Shown piece by piece: positions 1-9,998 of a DNA stretch of 64,000 nt. Origin of the DNA: Candidatus Eiseniibacteriota bacterium (GTDB taxonomy: Bacteria > Eisenbacteria > RBG-16-71-46 > CAVPCR01); NCBI GenBank assembly GCA_963823555.1, contig CAWGMA010000001.1:768001-832000 (forward strand), written 5' to 3'. Positions within the stretch are counted from its first letter, which is position 1. Every line of letters starts with the position of its first letter. Made by a program: the position numbers and the translations under genes. The notes under the pieces are model-generated. The model was not told where the DNA came from, searched no databases, and saw only the letters and a list, made by a program, of their open reading frames with translations.

Positions 1-2
1 AC

Positions 3-575
3 CCGGCCGACATTGCGCGCGCCGACGAGGCGCTCTTGAAGGCATTCCCCGACGATCCGGTGCTCGCCCGCTGGATCCCGCTGGCCCGCAAGCGCGTGGC
101 CTACCAGGGACTGCCCTCGCGCATCTGCTGGCTCGGGTTCGGGGAGCGCGATCGCGCCGGGCTCGTGCTCAACGATCTGGTGCGCCGCGGCGAGATCAAG
201 GCCCCGATCGTGATCGGCCGCGATCATCTCGATTCGGGCTCGGTGGCCTCGCCCTATCGCGAGACCGAGGGCATGAAGGATGGCTCGGACGCGATCGCCG
301 ACTGGCCGCTCCTGAACGCGATGCTGAACACGGCGTCGGGGGCGGCGTGGGTCTCGATCCACCACGGCGGCGGAGTCGGCATCGGCTACTCGCTTCATGC
401 CGGCATGGTGTGCGTCGCCGACGGTAGCGAGGAGGCCGACGAGCGGCTCTCGCGTGTCCTCACCAATGATCCCGGCACCGGTGTCATGCGCCACGCCGAC
501 GCCGGCTACGAGGACGCGAAGGCCACCGCCAGGGCGCAGGGTCTCCGCATCCCCATGCTGGAGGAAGGGACGTAG
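3..575 (+). CDS. hutU: urocanate hydratase, C-terminal part (5' end outside window)
   Basis: [42 protein letters not shown] and RHADAGY are urocanase motifs; frame is open from position 3. Confidence 0.97.
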   Translation, partial: PADIARADEALLKAFPDDPVLARWIPLARKRVAYQGLPSRICWLGFGERDRAGLVLNDLVRRGEIKAPIVIGRDHLDSGSVASPYRETEGMKDGSDAIADWPLLNAMLNTASGAAWVSIHHGGGVGIGYSLHAGMVCVADGSEEADERLSRVLTNDPGTGVMRHADAGYEDAKATARAQGLRIPMLEEGT

Positions 576-586
576 GGACAGGGGCG

Positions 587-1930
587 ATGGGCGCGCCGAT
601 CGAAGCCACGCTCGTCGTGCGCGGCGGTGCCGAGGTGGCCACCATGGCCTCGGCAGCGGAGCGTTCCGCGGCCGAGCGCGCGGCGGCGGGGAATCGGGAC
701 CCGAGTCCTCTCCCCGGCCCGGCGCGAGGTCCCGCCCTCGGCGAGCTCGGTCTCATCCCGCGCGGCGCGGTGGCGATCGCCGGCGAACGCATCGCCTGGA
801 TCGGCCCCGAGAGCGAGCTCGATTCGACCGTGCGACTCGCGGCCGGGGCGCGCGTCCTCGATGCCGCCGGGGGCACCGTCCTTCCCGGGTTCGTCGATCC
901 CCACACTCACATCCCCTTCGCCGGCGATCGCTCGGACGAGTTCGGGATGCGCATGCGCGGCCTCGGCTACCTCGAGATCGCAGCCGCGGGCGGCGGCATT
1001 CTCTCGAGCGTGCGAGCGTTTCGCGCCGCCCCGTCGGACGAGCTCTTCGCGCGCGCCCGCCACGACCTGGATCAGATGCTGCTCCTCGGCACCACCACGG
1101 TCGAGTGCAAGACAGGCTACGGACTCACCACCGAGGACGAGCTCCGCGGCCTCGAGGTGCTGGCCGAGCTCGAGCGCACCCATCCGGTGGCCGTTGTTCC
1201 CACCTTCATGGGCGCGCATGCGGTGCCGCCGGAGTACAAGGGGAACACCGCCGGGTTCGTTGCGCTCGTCATCGAGGACATGCTGCCGCAGGTCGCCGAG
1301 CAGGGAATCGCGCGCTTCTGCGACGTCTTCTGCGAGCCGGGGTTCTTCAGCCCCGAGGAGACGCGCGCCGTCTTCACCGCGGCGCGCGAGCGCGGGCTCG
1401 CGCTCAAGCTGCACGCGGACGAGTTCGTCGACTCGGGCGGAGCCGCCCTCGCCGCCCAGTTCGGGGCCGTCTCGGCCGATCACCTGATGGCGATCGGCGA
1501 CGCCGGGCTCGAGGCTCTCGCGAGCTCACAGACGATCCCGGTCCTTCTCCCCGGAACCTCGTTCTTCCTCGGGATGTCGCGCTTCGCGCCCGGGCGGCGT
1601 TTCGTCGAGGCCGGGTTGCCGGTCGCGATCGCCACCGATTACAACCCCGGGAGCTCGATGGTGGCCTCGATGCCGCTCATCGTGAGCCTCGCCTGCCTCG
1701 GGCTCCAACTGACTCCCGAGGAGGCTCTGATCGCCGCCACCCGCAACGCGGCGCATGCCGCCGGGACCCCCGACCGTGGGGTCCTCGTCCCCGGCGCCCG
1801 CGCCGACCTCCAGATCGTCGCCCTCTCCGGCGTGCGCCAGCTTCCCTATCACATCGGGCCATCGCACGTGACGGCGGTCGTCGCCGGCGGCCAGGTTGCC
1901 GTCGAGTCCGGCCGTATCCTCGGCGCGTAG
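587..1930 (+). CDS. hutI: imidazolonepropionase
   Basis: PGFVDPHTH, GGGILSSV, GTTTVECKTGYGL, HADE, SADHL, ATDYNPG; follows hutU. Confidence 0.95.
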   Translation: MGAPIEATLVVRGGAEVATMASAAERSAAERAAAGNRDPSPLPGPARGPALGELGLIPRGAVAIAGERIAWIGPESELDSTVRLAAGARVLDAAGGTVLPGFVDPHTHIPFAGDRSDEFGMRMRGLGYLEIAAAGGGILSSVRAFRAAPSDELFARARHDLDQMLLLGTTTVECKTGYGLTTEDELRGLEVLAELERTHPVAVVPTFMGAHAVPPEYKGNTAGFVALVIEDMLPQVAEQGIARFCDVFCEPGFFSPEETRAVFTAARERGLALKLHADEFVDSGGAALAAQFGAVSADHLMAIGDAGLEALASSQTIPVLLPGTSFFLGMSRFAPGRRFVEAGLPVAIATDYNPGSSMVASMPLIVSLACLGLQLTPEEALIAATRNAAHAAGTPDRGVLVPGARADLQIVALSGVRQLPYHIGPSHVTAVVAGGQVAVESGRILGA

Positions 1931-1960
1931 CGGCCTCTCTGCGCCCGCGCTCGCCGGCTG

Positions 1961-2839
1961 CTACTTCTCGACCATGATCACCACGTACTTCACCTTCCGG
2001 AACTCGACCGGGTCGGTGATGACGAGCTTCGACTGCCGGTCCGCGAGCAACCGGAGCTCGTAGCTCGCCTGGCTCTGCCGGCTCAGGACCTCGGGCTTGT
2101 CGAAGGGGACCGGGATCTCGGTTGTCTGGTCCGAGTCGATGACGGTGAAGTCCGCTTCATCGTAGGTATTGGTGAGCCGCACGGTCTTCCCGATGCCGAT
2201 GAAGCCGCCCTCGACCGTGATGATCCCCTTCTGCTTGAGCTCATCCCTGGTGCCGATCACGTAGTAGATAGCGCTCAGCTCCCGCGTCTTGGCGTCGATC
2301 GTGCTTTGCTGCTCGGCGATCTTCGCCTGTCCCATCTGCACGTCGGTCTCGAGCCCGGCCACGGTGGACTTGAGCGCTTCGACCTCGCCCGTCAGGCGCT
2401 GGATCGTGGCCTCCCGTTCCGCTACCGACCGCTTGAGGTTCTCGATGACCCGGTTCAAGCTCGTCACCTCGGCCTGGCTCTTCCGCATGCTCTTCTCGAG
2501 CTCCTCGATCTTGAGCTTGGTGTTGCTGACGCTCAGCTTCAGATCCGAGATGGTGTCGAGCATCTCTTCTTTCTGCGACTGGGTGAGCGTGCCTCCCATC
2601 TCGGCGCTGTGCGAGATATGAGCCAGCCGCTCCTCCGCCGGCAGCATCACGCTCAGGCTGTCCTGGATCTCCGCGATCGACTGGAGCGCCGCGCCGAACT
2701 GCTCGCGTGCGATCTCCTCCGAGAGCTGGGTCTCGACGATCCGCGACGTGAGCTGCTGGCGCTGGATGGCAAGGTAGGCGATGGCGACTGCCATGGCGAT
2801 GAGAACGAGGCTGAGAATGACGGCGACGGACTTCTTCAT
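1961..2839 (-). CDS. membrane-anchored coiled-coil protein of a family common in Bacteroidota
   Basis: CAGGAG RBS before ATG at 2839; N-terminal TM helix, long heptad region, C-terminal YYVIGTRDELKQKGII...LVITDPVEF domain. Confidence 0.75.
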   Translation of the reverse strand: MKKSVAVILSLVLIAMAVAIAYLAIQRQQLTSRIVETQLSEEIAREQFGAALQSIAEIQDSLSVMLPAEERLAHISHSAEMGGTLTQSQKEEMLDTISDLKLSVSNTKLKIEELEKSMRKSQAEVTSLNRVIENLKRSVAEREATIQRLTGEVEALKSTVAGLETDVQMGQAKIAEQQSTIDAKTRELSAIYYVIGTRDELKQKGIITVEGGFIGIGKTVRLTNTYDEADFTVIDSDQTTEIPVPFDKPEVLSRQSQASYELRLLADRQSKLVITDPVEFRKVKYVVIMVEK

Positions 2840-3239
2840 ATTCACTCCTGCGGGCGATTCTCCCGGGGCACTGACGGGACGACGACCCGGCAGGATAGCA
2901 GAACTCCGCCGGGTGCAAGGGGGGCGTGGGGCGGAGGGCGGCCCTCGTCGGGGGAGCCCCGGGGGCGCTTTCTTCCCGGTCTGCGACAGCGGCCGTATCA
3001 CATCGGGCCGGCGCCGAGGCGCCGGCCCGGCCCTGCGGCCACCGGGGGGCTGGATCGGGCGGGATCACCCACCCCGAGCCCCGCTGCATGGGCCATTTCT
3101 CAACGCGATCATGCACTTCGCTTACGTTACGACGGGCAGTGCCGAAACTTGATGCGGGAGGCGCGCGCCCGGTGCGCTTCCGTCAAGGCCGACCCCTACG
3201 CCAGGCGCCAGAGCCCGCTACTGCGGCGGAGAGAGCCCA

Positions 3240-5638
3240 TTGGACAAGGCAACCGCGATCAAGCAACGCGCCCAGGCCCACATCCAGCGCAATTCTCTCA
3301 AGGAAGCGATGGCCGAGTACGAGAAGCTCCTCGCGCTCGAGCCTGTCGATCCCTACGCCTACATCCTGCTCGGTGATCTCGCCGTGCGCATGAGCACGCG
3401 CGACATCGCGCTCAAGCGCTACGGGCAGGCCGTGGACGCCTACGAGGCGCAGGGCCTGTGCCGCAATGCAATCGCCGTCCTCAAGAAGATCCAGCGCCTC
3501 GACTCCACCCAGGTCGAAACGCTGCGCCGTCTCGCCGATCTCTATGCCCGGGAAGGGCTCATGGCCGAGTCGATGTCGCACTACCTCGAGTTTGGCTCGA
3601 AGTGCCTCGAGGCCGGGCGTGACGAGGAGACGCGCCAGGTGCTCGAGATCGTGTCCCAGCTCGGGACCGCCAACATCAAGGTGGCGAGGCGCATTGCGGA
3701 TCTCTGTGTTGCGATCGGCGACAGGGAGCGGGCGGCCATCGAGCTCGAGCGCATGGCGGGCGAGCTCGATGGCCGGGGCCAGGCCGATCGCGCCGCCGAG
3801 CTCAGGGCGCGGGCGGCGGAACTGGCCCCGACAGTCGCCGCCGGGACCGAGATCAGTCTGGCGCCGGCGGACGAGATGCCGGAGGGTGAGCTGTCGATCC
3901 CGGACGAGCCCATTCAGATCCCGCAGCTCGAAGCGCGGGTCAGCGAGGCCGGGGATTCGCCGGCGACAGGGGGCCAGGAGATCAGTGAGGCCGCGCCATC
4001 GCCCGGCGATGTCATGCCCGGGCTCGAGCGCTCGGGCGGGCTCTTCCAGCCGGTCGACACTCCACCGGCGTCTTTCCTCGATCAGACCTTCTCGATGCCT
4101 CGGGATAAGGAAGAGGGCGAGGAGGGAGAAGAGGAGGTAGGTGAAGTCGGGGCCGAGGTGATGGAGGCCGAAGCGGCCGGTGCCGAGATGGCCGAGCAGG
4201 AGGAGCCGGAGACCATCGAACCGGAGATGCCGGCGAGCGCCGAAGAGGCGCAGGAATCGACCGCGGCCGGGATCGAAGGCGCGGACGAAGCGGTCGCCGA
4301 GGATGAAGCGGACGAAGCGGTCGCCGAGGATGAGGCGCGGACGAAGCGGTCGCCGAGGATGAAGCGGACGAAGCGGTTGCCGAGGAAGAAGCGGACGAGG
4401 CGGATCCTGAGGAGGATCCACTCGATGCGCAGATCCGCGCCTGGGCGAGCGACGTGGCCGCTCACCTCGAGGCCGGGGATCGATCGGCTGCCGAAGCGGT
4501 GCTCGACGAGGCCGCCTCGCAGTGCACGGCAGCTGGACGCAACACGGCGGCTCGTCGCTTCCTGCTCGAGCTATGGACGCTCGGAAGACGCGAGATCCCG
4601 GTTGCCGAGAAGCTCCGCGAGATTGCCAAGGCCAGCAGCGACACCTCAGCGGAAGCGCGATGGATGGCTGAGATCGGTGAGATCCAGCTGTCCCGCGGGG
4701 AGTTGAGCGCGGCGCAAGCCACGTTCGAGTGGGCGCTCGAGCTGGATCCCACCGAGTCGCTTGCCCGCAGGCGATACGAGCGAATCCAGAAGATGGAATC
4801 GGGCGCGGCCGGCGACGAGACATCGTTCGAGGCCGAGGCCGAACTCGCCGGGGCGGAGCCCATCCAGGGCGAGCCGATCATTGAAGCCGAACCCATTGCC
4901 GAGGCGGAGGTGGCCCCGGTCGGCGAGCAGGACAGCGATGACGAGCCGGTCGTTGCCGGCGAGCCTCTCATCGAGATGGAGCTCCTGGCCTCCGACGATG
5001 AGGCCGAGGTGGTCGAGATCGATCGGGTCGAACCCGGCTCCGGTGCTGGGGAATCACCCATCCCCGAGATGCTCATCGAGAGCGCTGGCGATCTCACCGG
5101 CGATCTCAGAGGTGGCGCCGCGCTCGATGGGGTTTCCGGGCTTACCGGAGCCCGCGGCAACGGGCACGGTGACGAGAAGAAGGCGACCGAACCGCCGCCC
5201 AACCCGGCGACCGATGATCAGCTCGCCTGGGTCATCGGGCGCTTCCAGCGCGATGTCTCCTCCCAGCTCGGGGCCGGAGACCATGCGAGCCACTACGACC
5301 TTGGCATGGCGTACATGGAGATGGAGCTCTACCACGAGGCCATCTCCGAGTTCCGTCAGGCGCTCGGCGGTGCGACCTACCGCCGCCGCTGCCTCGAGCT
5401 CCTGGCCACGTGCTATAGTCGCGCCGGCGAACCGCAGCAGGCGGCCTCTCACTGGCGGGCGGCTCTCGACGAGGCGCTGAAGACAGGAGAGGGGCCACTC
5501 GCTCTCCGCTACGAGCTGGCTGTGAGCCTCGCTGCCGCGGGTCAGGTCGAGACGGCGCGGGAGGAGCTGCGCGAGGTGGTGCGCCGCGATCCCAAGTTCC
5601 TCGACGCCAACGAGCGGTTGCAGGCGCTCGGCGCCTGA
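3240..5638 (+). pseudogene. large TPR protein (SgmX-like), split by one frameshift inside an acidic tandem repeat; real or assembly artefact
   Basis: N-terminal TPRs in ORF 3240..4706, acidic linker, C-terminal SHYDLGMAYMEMELYHEAI TPRs in ORF 4454..5638; the frames join if 2 extra nt (GC at 4335-4336) are removed. Confidence 0.7.
4281..4402 (+). repeat. 27-bp coding tandem repeat (ADEAVAEDE), about 4.5 copies
   Basis: GCGGACGAAGCGGTCGCCGAGGATGAA-type units at 4281, 4308, 4337 and 4364, partial at 4391; 2-nt offset between units 2 and 3. Confidence 0.95.
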
Positions 5639-5743
5639 TCGGATCTCGAACTCGGCGCGCGACGGATAGCTCACGTCGAAGGCGGCGGCCGAGGCATCGG
5701 CCGCCGTGATCGTATCGGGGCCAAGGAAGGAACCAGGCCCGGG

Positions 5744-6592
5744 ATGGCAGGAATGGAAGCCTCGACGCCCAGCGGATACATCGACCTCCATCTGCACACC
5801 GTGCACTCCGATGGCGTGCACACGCCCGAGGAGGTGATCGCCTTTGCCCGTCAGGCCCGGCTCTCCGCCGTGGCGATCACCGATCACGACACCCTGGATG
5901 GCGTGGTTGCGGGTCAAGCGGCGGCCCAAGAAGCCGGCATCGATTTCATCTCCGGAGTCGAGCTGTCCGCTTCCGATCGCAATGCCGACGTCCATATCCT
6001 CGGCTACTTCGTCGAACCTGCCACCCCCGGGCTCACGGAAGAGCTTCAACTACTGCGTGACGGACGTCTTCTGCGCGCGGTCCAGATCCTCGATCTCCTC
6101 AAGCGGCTCGGCGCCCCCATTCGCTGCGAACGCGTGCAGGCCTTTGCCGGTGGGGCGCCGATCGGGCGCCCGCACATCGCCGCCGCGCTCGTGGAGGCCG
6201 GGCATGTCCGGAGCATTGACGAGGCGTTCGACCGCTACATCGGCTATCATGGCCCGGCCTATGTGCCGAAACGGACGCTCAACCCGGAGGGCGCGATCGA
6301 CCTGGTCAAGCGCGCCGGTGGAGTCCCGGTGCTCGCGCACCCAGGCTCCCTGCGGCGCGACGACTTGATCCCGAGTCTCGTCGACTGGGGGCTCGAAGGG
6401 ATCGAGATCTGGCACCCGAAGCATGATGCGGCACGCGTGCGCCACTATCAGGCCCTGGCTGAAGAGCACCATCTGCTCGTCACGGGTGGGTCCGACTTCC
6501 ATGGTTCCGGGCGTGGCGACTCGACCGTGGGCGATCAGCCCGTTCCCGAGTCGATCCTGGTTCCGCTCCGGGCCTGCATTCGATCGCGCTGA
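5744..6592 (+). CDS. PHP-domain phosphoesterase (TrpH/YciV-like)
   Basis: DLHLHTVHSDG, AITDHDT, GVELS, HILGY, GRPHIA, LAHP, TGGSDFHG. Confidence 0.93.
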   Translation: MAGMEASTPSGYIDLHLHTVHSDGVHTPEEVIAFARQARLSAVAITDHDTLDGVVAGQAAAQEAGIDFISGVELSASDRNADVHILGYFVEPATPGLTEELQLLRDGRLLRAVQILDLLKRLGAPIRCERVQAFAGGAPIGRPHIAAALVEAGHVRSIDEAFDRYIGYHGPAYVPKRTLNPEGAIDLVKRAGGVPVLAHPGSLRRDDLIPSLVDWGLEGIEIWHPKHDAARVRHYQALAEEHHLLVTGGSDFHGSGRGDSTVGDQPVPESILVPLRACIRSR

Positions 6593-6593
6593 C

Positions 6594-7139
6594 GTGTACC
6601 GCTGGTCCCGCCTTGCCCTGACCGCCCTGTTCATCGCTCTTGCCGTCGCCGTGGGGTACGGGGGTTCCGTCCTGCCCAATGTCGAGCTCGTGAGCCTCAC
6701 CGTCTTTCTCGGTGGAGTGGCGACGGGGGCCGTGTCCGGGATCCTGATCGGGGTCGCGGCCGAGCTCATCTTCTCCGGGATCAACCCGCTCGGGCCCACC
6801 TTTCCCCTCGTGCTCGCCGCCCAGCTCGCCGGCATGGGGCTGTTTGGCCTGGCCGGCGGAACGCTCGGGCGCCATATGCTGCGCCTTGGCGCCATTGCCC
6901 GCGTCACGGTCCTGGCCGTCACCGGCCTTGCCTTGACCCTGTTCTTCGATGTCATCACCAATCTCGGACTCGGAGTTCATCTCGGACCGGTGTGGGCCAC
7001 GCTGGCGGGTGGTCTCGCCTTCGCTGTCGTGCACATCATCTCCAACATGCTCGTGTTCGCAGTGCTCGGGGGGGGAGGGCTGCGCGTGCTCCGCGATCTC
7101 GGTCTCGGGGGAGGGCGCACGGAGGATGGGAACCGATGA
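6594..7139 (+). CDS. ECF transporter S-component-like membrane protein
   Basis: About 181 aa, about 6 TM helices, LPNVELVSLTVFLGG motif, HIISN near the C terminus; GTG 1 nt after the PHP stop. Confidence 0.7.
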   Translation: MYRWSRLALTALFIALAVAVGYGGSVLPNVELVSLTVFLGGVATGAVSGILIGVAAELIFSGINPLGPTFPLVLAAQLAGMGLFGLAGGTLGRHMLRLGAIARVTVLAVTGLALTLFFDVITNLGLGVHLGPVWATLAGGLAFAVVHIISNMLVFAVLGGGGLRVLRDLGLGGGRTEDGNR

Positions 7140-9079
7140 GAGCGGTGAGCGTGTTGTGGCTGGGTCTTGCGCTCATCACTCTAGCGCGTGGCGCCGGTGC
7201 AGCGGAGGCGCCGGGCGACAGCGCGCAGGGTCAGGACCTGCCGCCGCCCCGCCCACCGGCCGGGGTGCTGGGACGCCCGGATTCGGTGGTCTTGACACCC
7301 TATCGGCCCGGTGCCCTCGAGGGCGAAGAGAAGGCGCTGATCCCTGCCGACCGACCTCCGTGGGAACGCTTCGCCGCGCCCGGCGACACCCTGGTCCTCG
7401 GCCGTTACGAGGTCGATCGCGTCGGTGCCCATCAACTCCCCGAGCTACTGTCTCGTATTCCCGGGATCCACGCTCTCGAGGTGTCGGCCACCGCACCTCT
7501 CGGCGCCGTCACGCAGGCCGGATCCTTCGCGCTTCCCCCCCGCTCGTCGGATGCCTGGACCATCCGTCAGCCGCGGATGGAGGGCATGGATCTCTCACGC
7601 CTTCTGCTCGACCGGCTCGGACCCGGCGCGACGTGGGTTCCCGTGCTGGCCGCTGGCGAGTTTCGCGTCATCGATACTCCGCTCTTCGGTCCCGAGACCC
7701 CGGAAGTTCGCCTCGCCCCGGCCGAGCCGGTCGGCGACAGCGCATCGAGTCGCATGGCGATCGAGACCGGGAGCTTCGGCCTGGCAGGGGGTGGGATCCT
7801 GTTCTCGGATCATCGCGGCCGCCTGAGCTATGGCTTCGGCGCCGACAACACGCGGGCCAAGCGTTCGGGAAGCATCCAGGACGCGTCACCGCGGGTGTCG
7901 ATCGTGGAAATGGGGTGGGCAGCCGACCGCGGCCGGCTGGGTATCCATCTGCGCAATTCGGAGATACCCATCGGCTTCAAGGATGGCCGCCGCATCAACA
8001 ACTTCGATCAGGGCATGGCGGCCGACTTCGTGGCCGGAGATACCCTGGGCCCGGCATGGGCCTTGCGTGTGGTGGGTCGCGACGACCGGCTCTCCGGGAG
8101 CGAACTCCCGGGCGTCGAGTTCAAGCGCAAGGGTCTCGTCATCGAAGTGCAGAGCTACGAGCGACCGGGCCGGCCGGTATACGCGCGGATCGTCGGCGAG
8201 CGCGACTGGTTCGCCGTGCGCCACGCGGAGGGGGCCTACGCGCCGCGGGTCACACGGATCCAGGGAGAGGCGGGAGGGCATCTCGCCGTGGGCGCCGGCC
8301 GCATCGATCTGGCGGGCGGGCTCCGCGTGAGCGACCGGCATGCGCTCAAGGGCAGCGGGCGCGCCGAGCTGAGCCTCGCGCTTCCGGCCGCCTTGGTGGT
8401 GGGTATGAGTGGGGGCCGGGTGCAGCATGCGCCCACGTACGATCAGGAAGTGCTCGTTCCCGAGAATCCAGTGGCCGACCCGGAGCGGCACGATTCGATC
8501 GCGCTCCGCGTCGTCCGCGAGGGCCTGATCAGCTTCGGCGTTGTGACCGCATGGCGGGAGATCACGCATCAACCGTTCGTGACCGAGGAGATCCACGATC
8601 GTCCCTGGCCGCAGTTCGCCGTCACGACGAGCGATTCGCGGCACTGGGAAGTGCGGGGTTCCCTTTCCTTCACCGGTGGTCCGCTCGGGATGGCCGCCGG
8701 GGCGTGGGGGAGCCGGTTCTTCAACGATGAGAGTTTCGGCCGCGGCGACCTGGCCCCCTTCGTTCCCGAGGAGGTCGGTCGGGCGTTCGCCAGTCTCCGC
8801 ATCTCGCTTCTGGGCGGCGATCTCGTCGTGATGCCGCGTGCCGAGTTTCTTGCCGTCGGTGATCGCACCGGCCTCGCCGGCGAGCGCCTGCCCGGATACG
8901 GGCGACTCGACGCCGCGGTCATCAGCGTCGTTGGCGGGGATGTCGACCTCGAGGTGTGGGCGCGAAACCTGCTCGACCGCCGCTATCCGCTCGCCGTATA
9001 CGATCCCTCGTCCGGCGATCTCTACGCCGACTCGGGACGGATGGCGGCGTTCGCTCTGCGCTGGCGCTTCCTGAACTAG
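7136..9079 (+). CDS. TonB-dependent receptor-like outer membrane beta-barrel
   Basis: Signal peptide; LPELLSRIPG plug-like motif; C-terminal RNLLDRRY...GRMAAFALRWRFLN beta-signal; ATGA overlap with the upstream gene. Confidence 0.7.
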   Translation: MRAVSVLWLGLALITLARGAGAAEAPGDSAQGQDLPPPRPPAGVLGRPDSVVLTPYRPGALEGEEKALIPADRPPWERFAAPGDTLVLGRYEVDRVGAHQLPELLSRIPGIHALEVSATAPLGAVTQAGSFALPPRSSDAWTIRQPRMEGMDLSRLLLDRLGPGATWVPVLAAGEFRVIDTPLFGPETPEVRLAPAEPVGDSASSRMAIETGSFGLAGGGILFSDHRGRLSYGFGADNTRAKRSGSIQDASPRVSIVEMGWAADRGRLGIHLRNSEIPIGFKDGRRINNFDQGMAADFVAGDTLGPAWALRVVGRDDRLSGSELPGVEFKRKGLVIEVQSYERPGRPVYARIVGERDWFAVRHAEGAYAPRVTRIQGEAGGHLAVGAGRIDLAGGLRVSDRHALKGSGRAELSLALPAALVVGMSGGRVQHAPTYDQEVLVPENPVADPERHDSIALRVVREGLISFGVVTAWREITHQPFVTEEIHDRPWPQFAVTTSDSRHWEVRGSLSFTGGPLGMAAGAWGSRFFNDESFGRGDLAPFVPEEVGRAFASLRISLLGGDLVVMPRAEFLAVGDRTGLAGERLPGYGRLDAAVISVVGGDVDLEVWARNLLDRRYPLAVYDPSSGDLYADSGRMAAFALRWRFLN

Positions 9080-9141
9080 GCGCTCGCGTCGCCAGGAGCG
9101 GAGTCTCCTCGCGCCTGCCGTCGACCCCAGGAGATGCGTCC

Positions 9142-9609
9142 ATGCGCCGCCTCACGCGCACGCTATCGGCGATCCATGACCGTGCATTCGCAATCCTCGT
9201 TCCCGCCGAGGGCGAGGAGTGGCTTGTCCTCCTGGCCGCGGGTCTGCTGCTTCTCGGTGCCGCGCGCCACCGCGTGGAGCCCTGGCTGCAAGGGCTGGCC
9301 ACCGGTCCTCCGCCCGAGGTCGCCAGCGCACTGGCGGAGATCGACACGGCGAGCTTCGGGCGCGTCGATCTCAATCGCGCCGGGGCCGCCGAGCTCGAGA
9401 CCCTGCCCCGCATCGGCCCGGCGCTCGCGGCGCGCATCCTCGCCGACCGTTCCGAACGGGGTCCTTTCCGCTCGGTGGACGACCTCGATCGCGTGCAGGG
9501 CATTGGACCGGCCACCATCGCCGCGCTCAGGCACGAGGCCTTTGTCGATCTCGAGGTCGCGTCCCCCGCAATCGAAGGGGAGCCCGGAGCCGCAGGCCGC
9601 CTCGAGTAG
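9142..9609 (+). CDS. ComEA-family helix-hairpin-helix DNA-binding protein
   Basis: TM segment then VDLNRAGAAELETLPRIGPALAARILADR..GPFRSVDDLDRVQGIGP; start uncertain. Confidence 0.85.
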   Translation: MRRLTRTLSAIHDRAFAILVPAEGEEWLVLLAAGLLLLGAARHRVEPWLQGLATGPPPEVASALAEIDTASFGRVDLNRAGAAELETLPRIGPALAARILADRSERGPFRSVDDLDRVQGIGPATIAALRHEAFVDLEVASPAIEGEPGAAGRLE

Positions 9610-9835
9610 GGATGACGGCGCTGGGCCATCGCGCCCTTCGGCCGGCGACGCGACGACCCGGCGCGGGGGAGTGCAAGTCCCAAGGGTCGAGCGGAATGGA
9701 AGGCCCGGCGTGCAGGGCGCAAGTCGCCGCATGAGCGACCGCACCCGGGGACGGGGTGGAACGCCTTGAGACTCCTCAACTCCCTGCCGATCAACAGCTT
9801 GGTTCCGAGGCATGGCCGCCGCCAAGATGGCGGCA

Positions 9836-9851
9836 AGGCACGGATTTTGCC
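9836..9851 (+). promoter_or_regulatory. putative sigma-54 -24/-12 promoter upstream of pilB
   Basis: AGGCAC-GGATT-TTGCC matches TGGCAC-N5-TTGC spacing, about 150 nt before pilB. Confidence 0.6.
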
Positions 9852-9998
9852 CCCGCTCAATCGGACTCTCTCGTGCTGCCTCGTGGCTGGACCTGCGTGC
9901 GGTTGCCTTCCTGGCTCGCAGTGGAGCACGCCTGACCGCAATCCGTAGCTGAGCGCCAGCAGCCTCTCAGCGTTCACGCGCCCGAGCTGGAGAACAAT

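Noticed and set aside
397..1977. Arg/Pro-rich alternative-frame ORFs across the window
   Set aside because: Off-frame translations of GC-rich genes with no domain signatures
4281..4402. 27-bp repeats as a CRISPR array
   Set aside because: Head-to-tail coding repeats without spacers; no cas genes
5639..5743. Cobalamin or other riboswitch ahead of the PHP-ECF-TBDR genes
   Set aside because: Only a simple hairpin (GGCGGCCGA-GGCA-TCGGCCGCC) is visible; no recognisable B12 box and the region is short
9766..9948. 60-aa ORF upstream of pilB
   Set aside because: Overlaps the sigma-54 promoter and has no recognisable features
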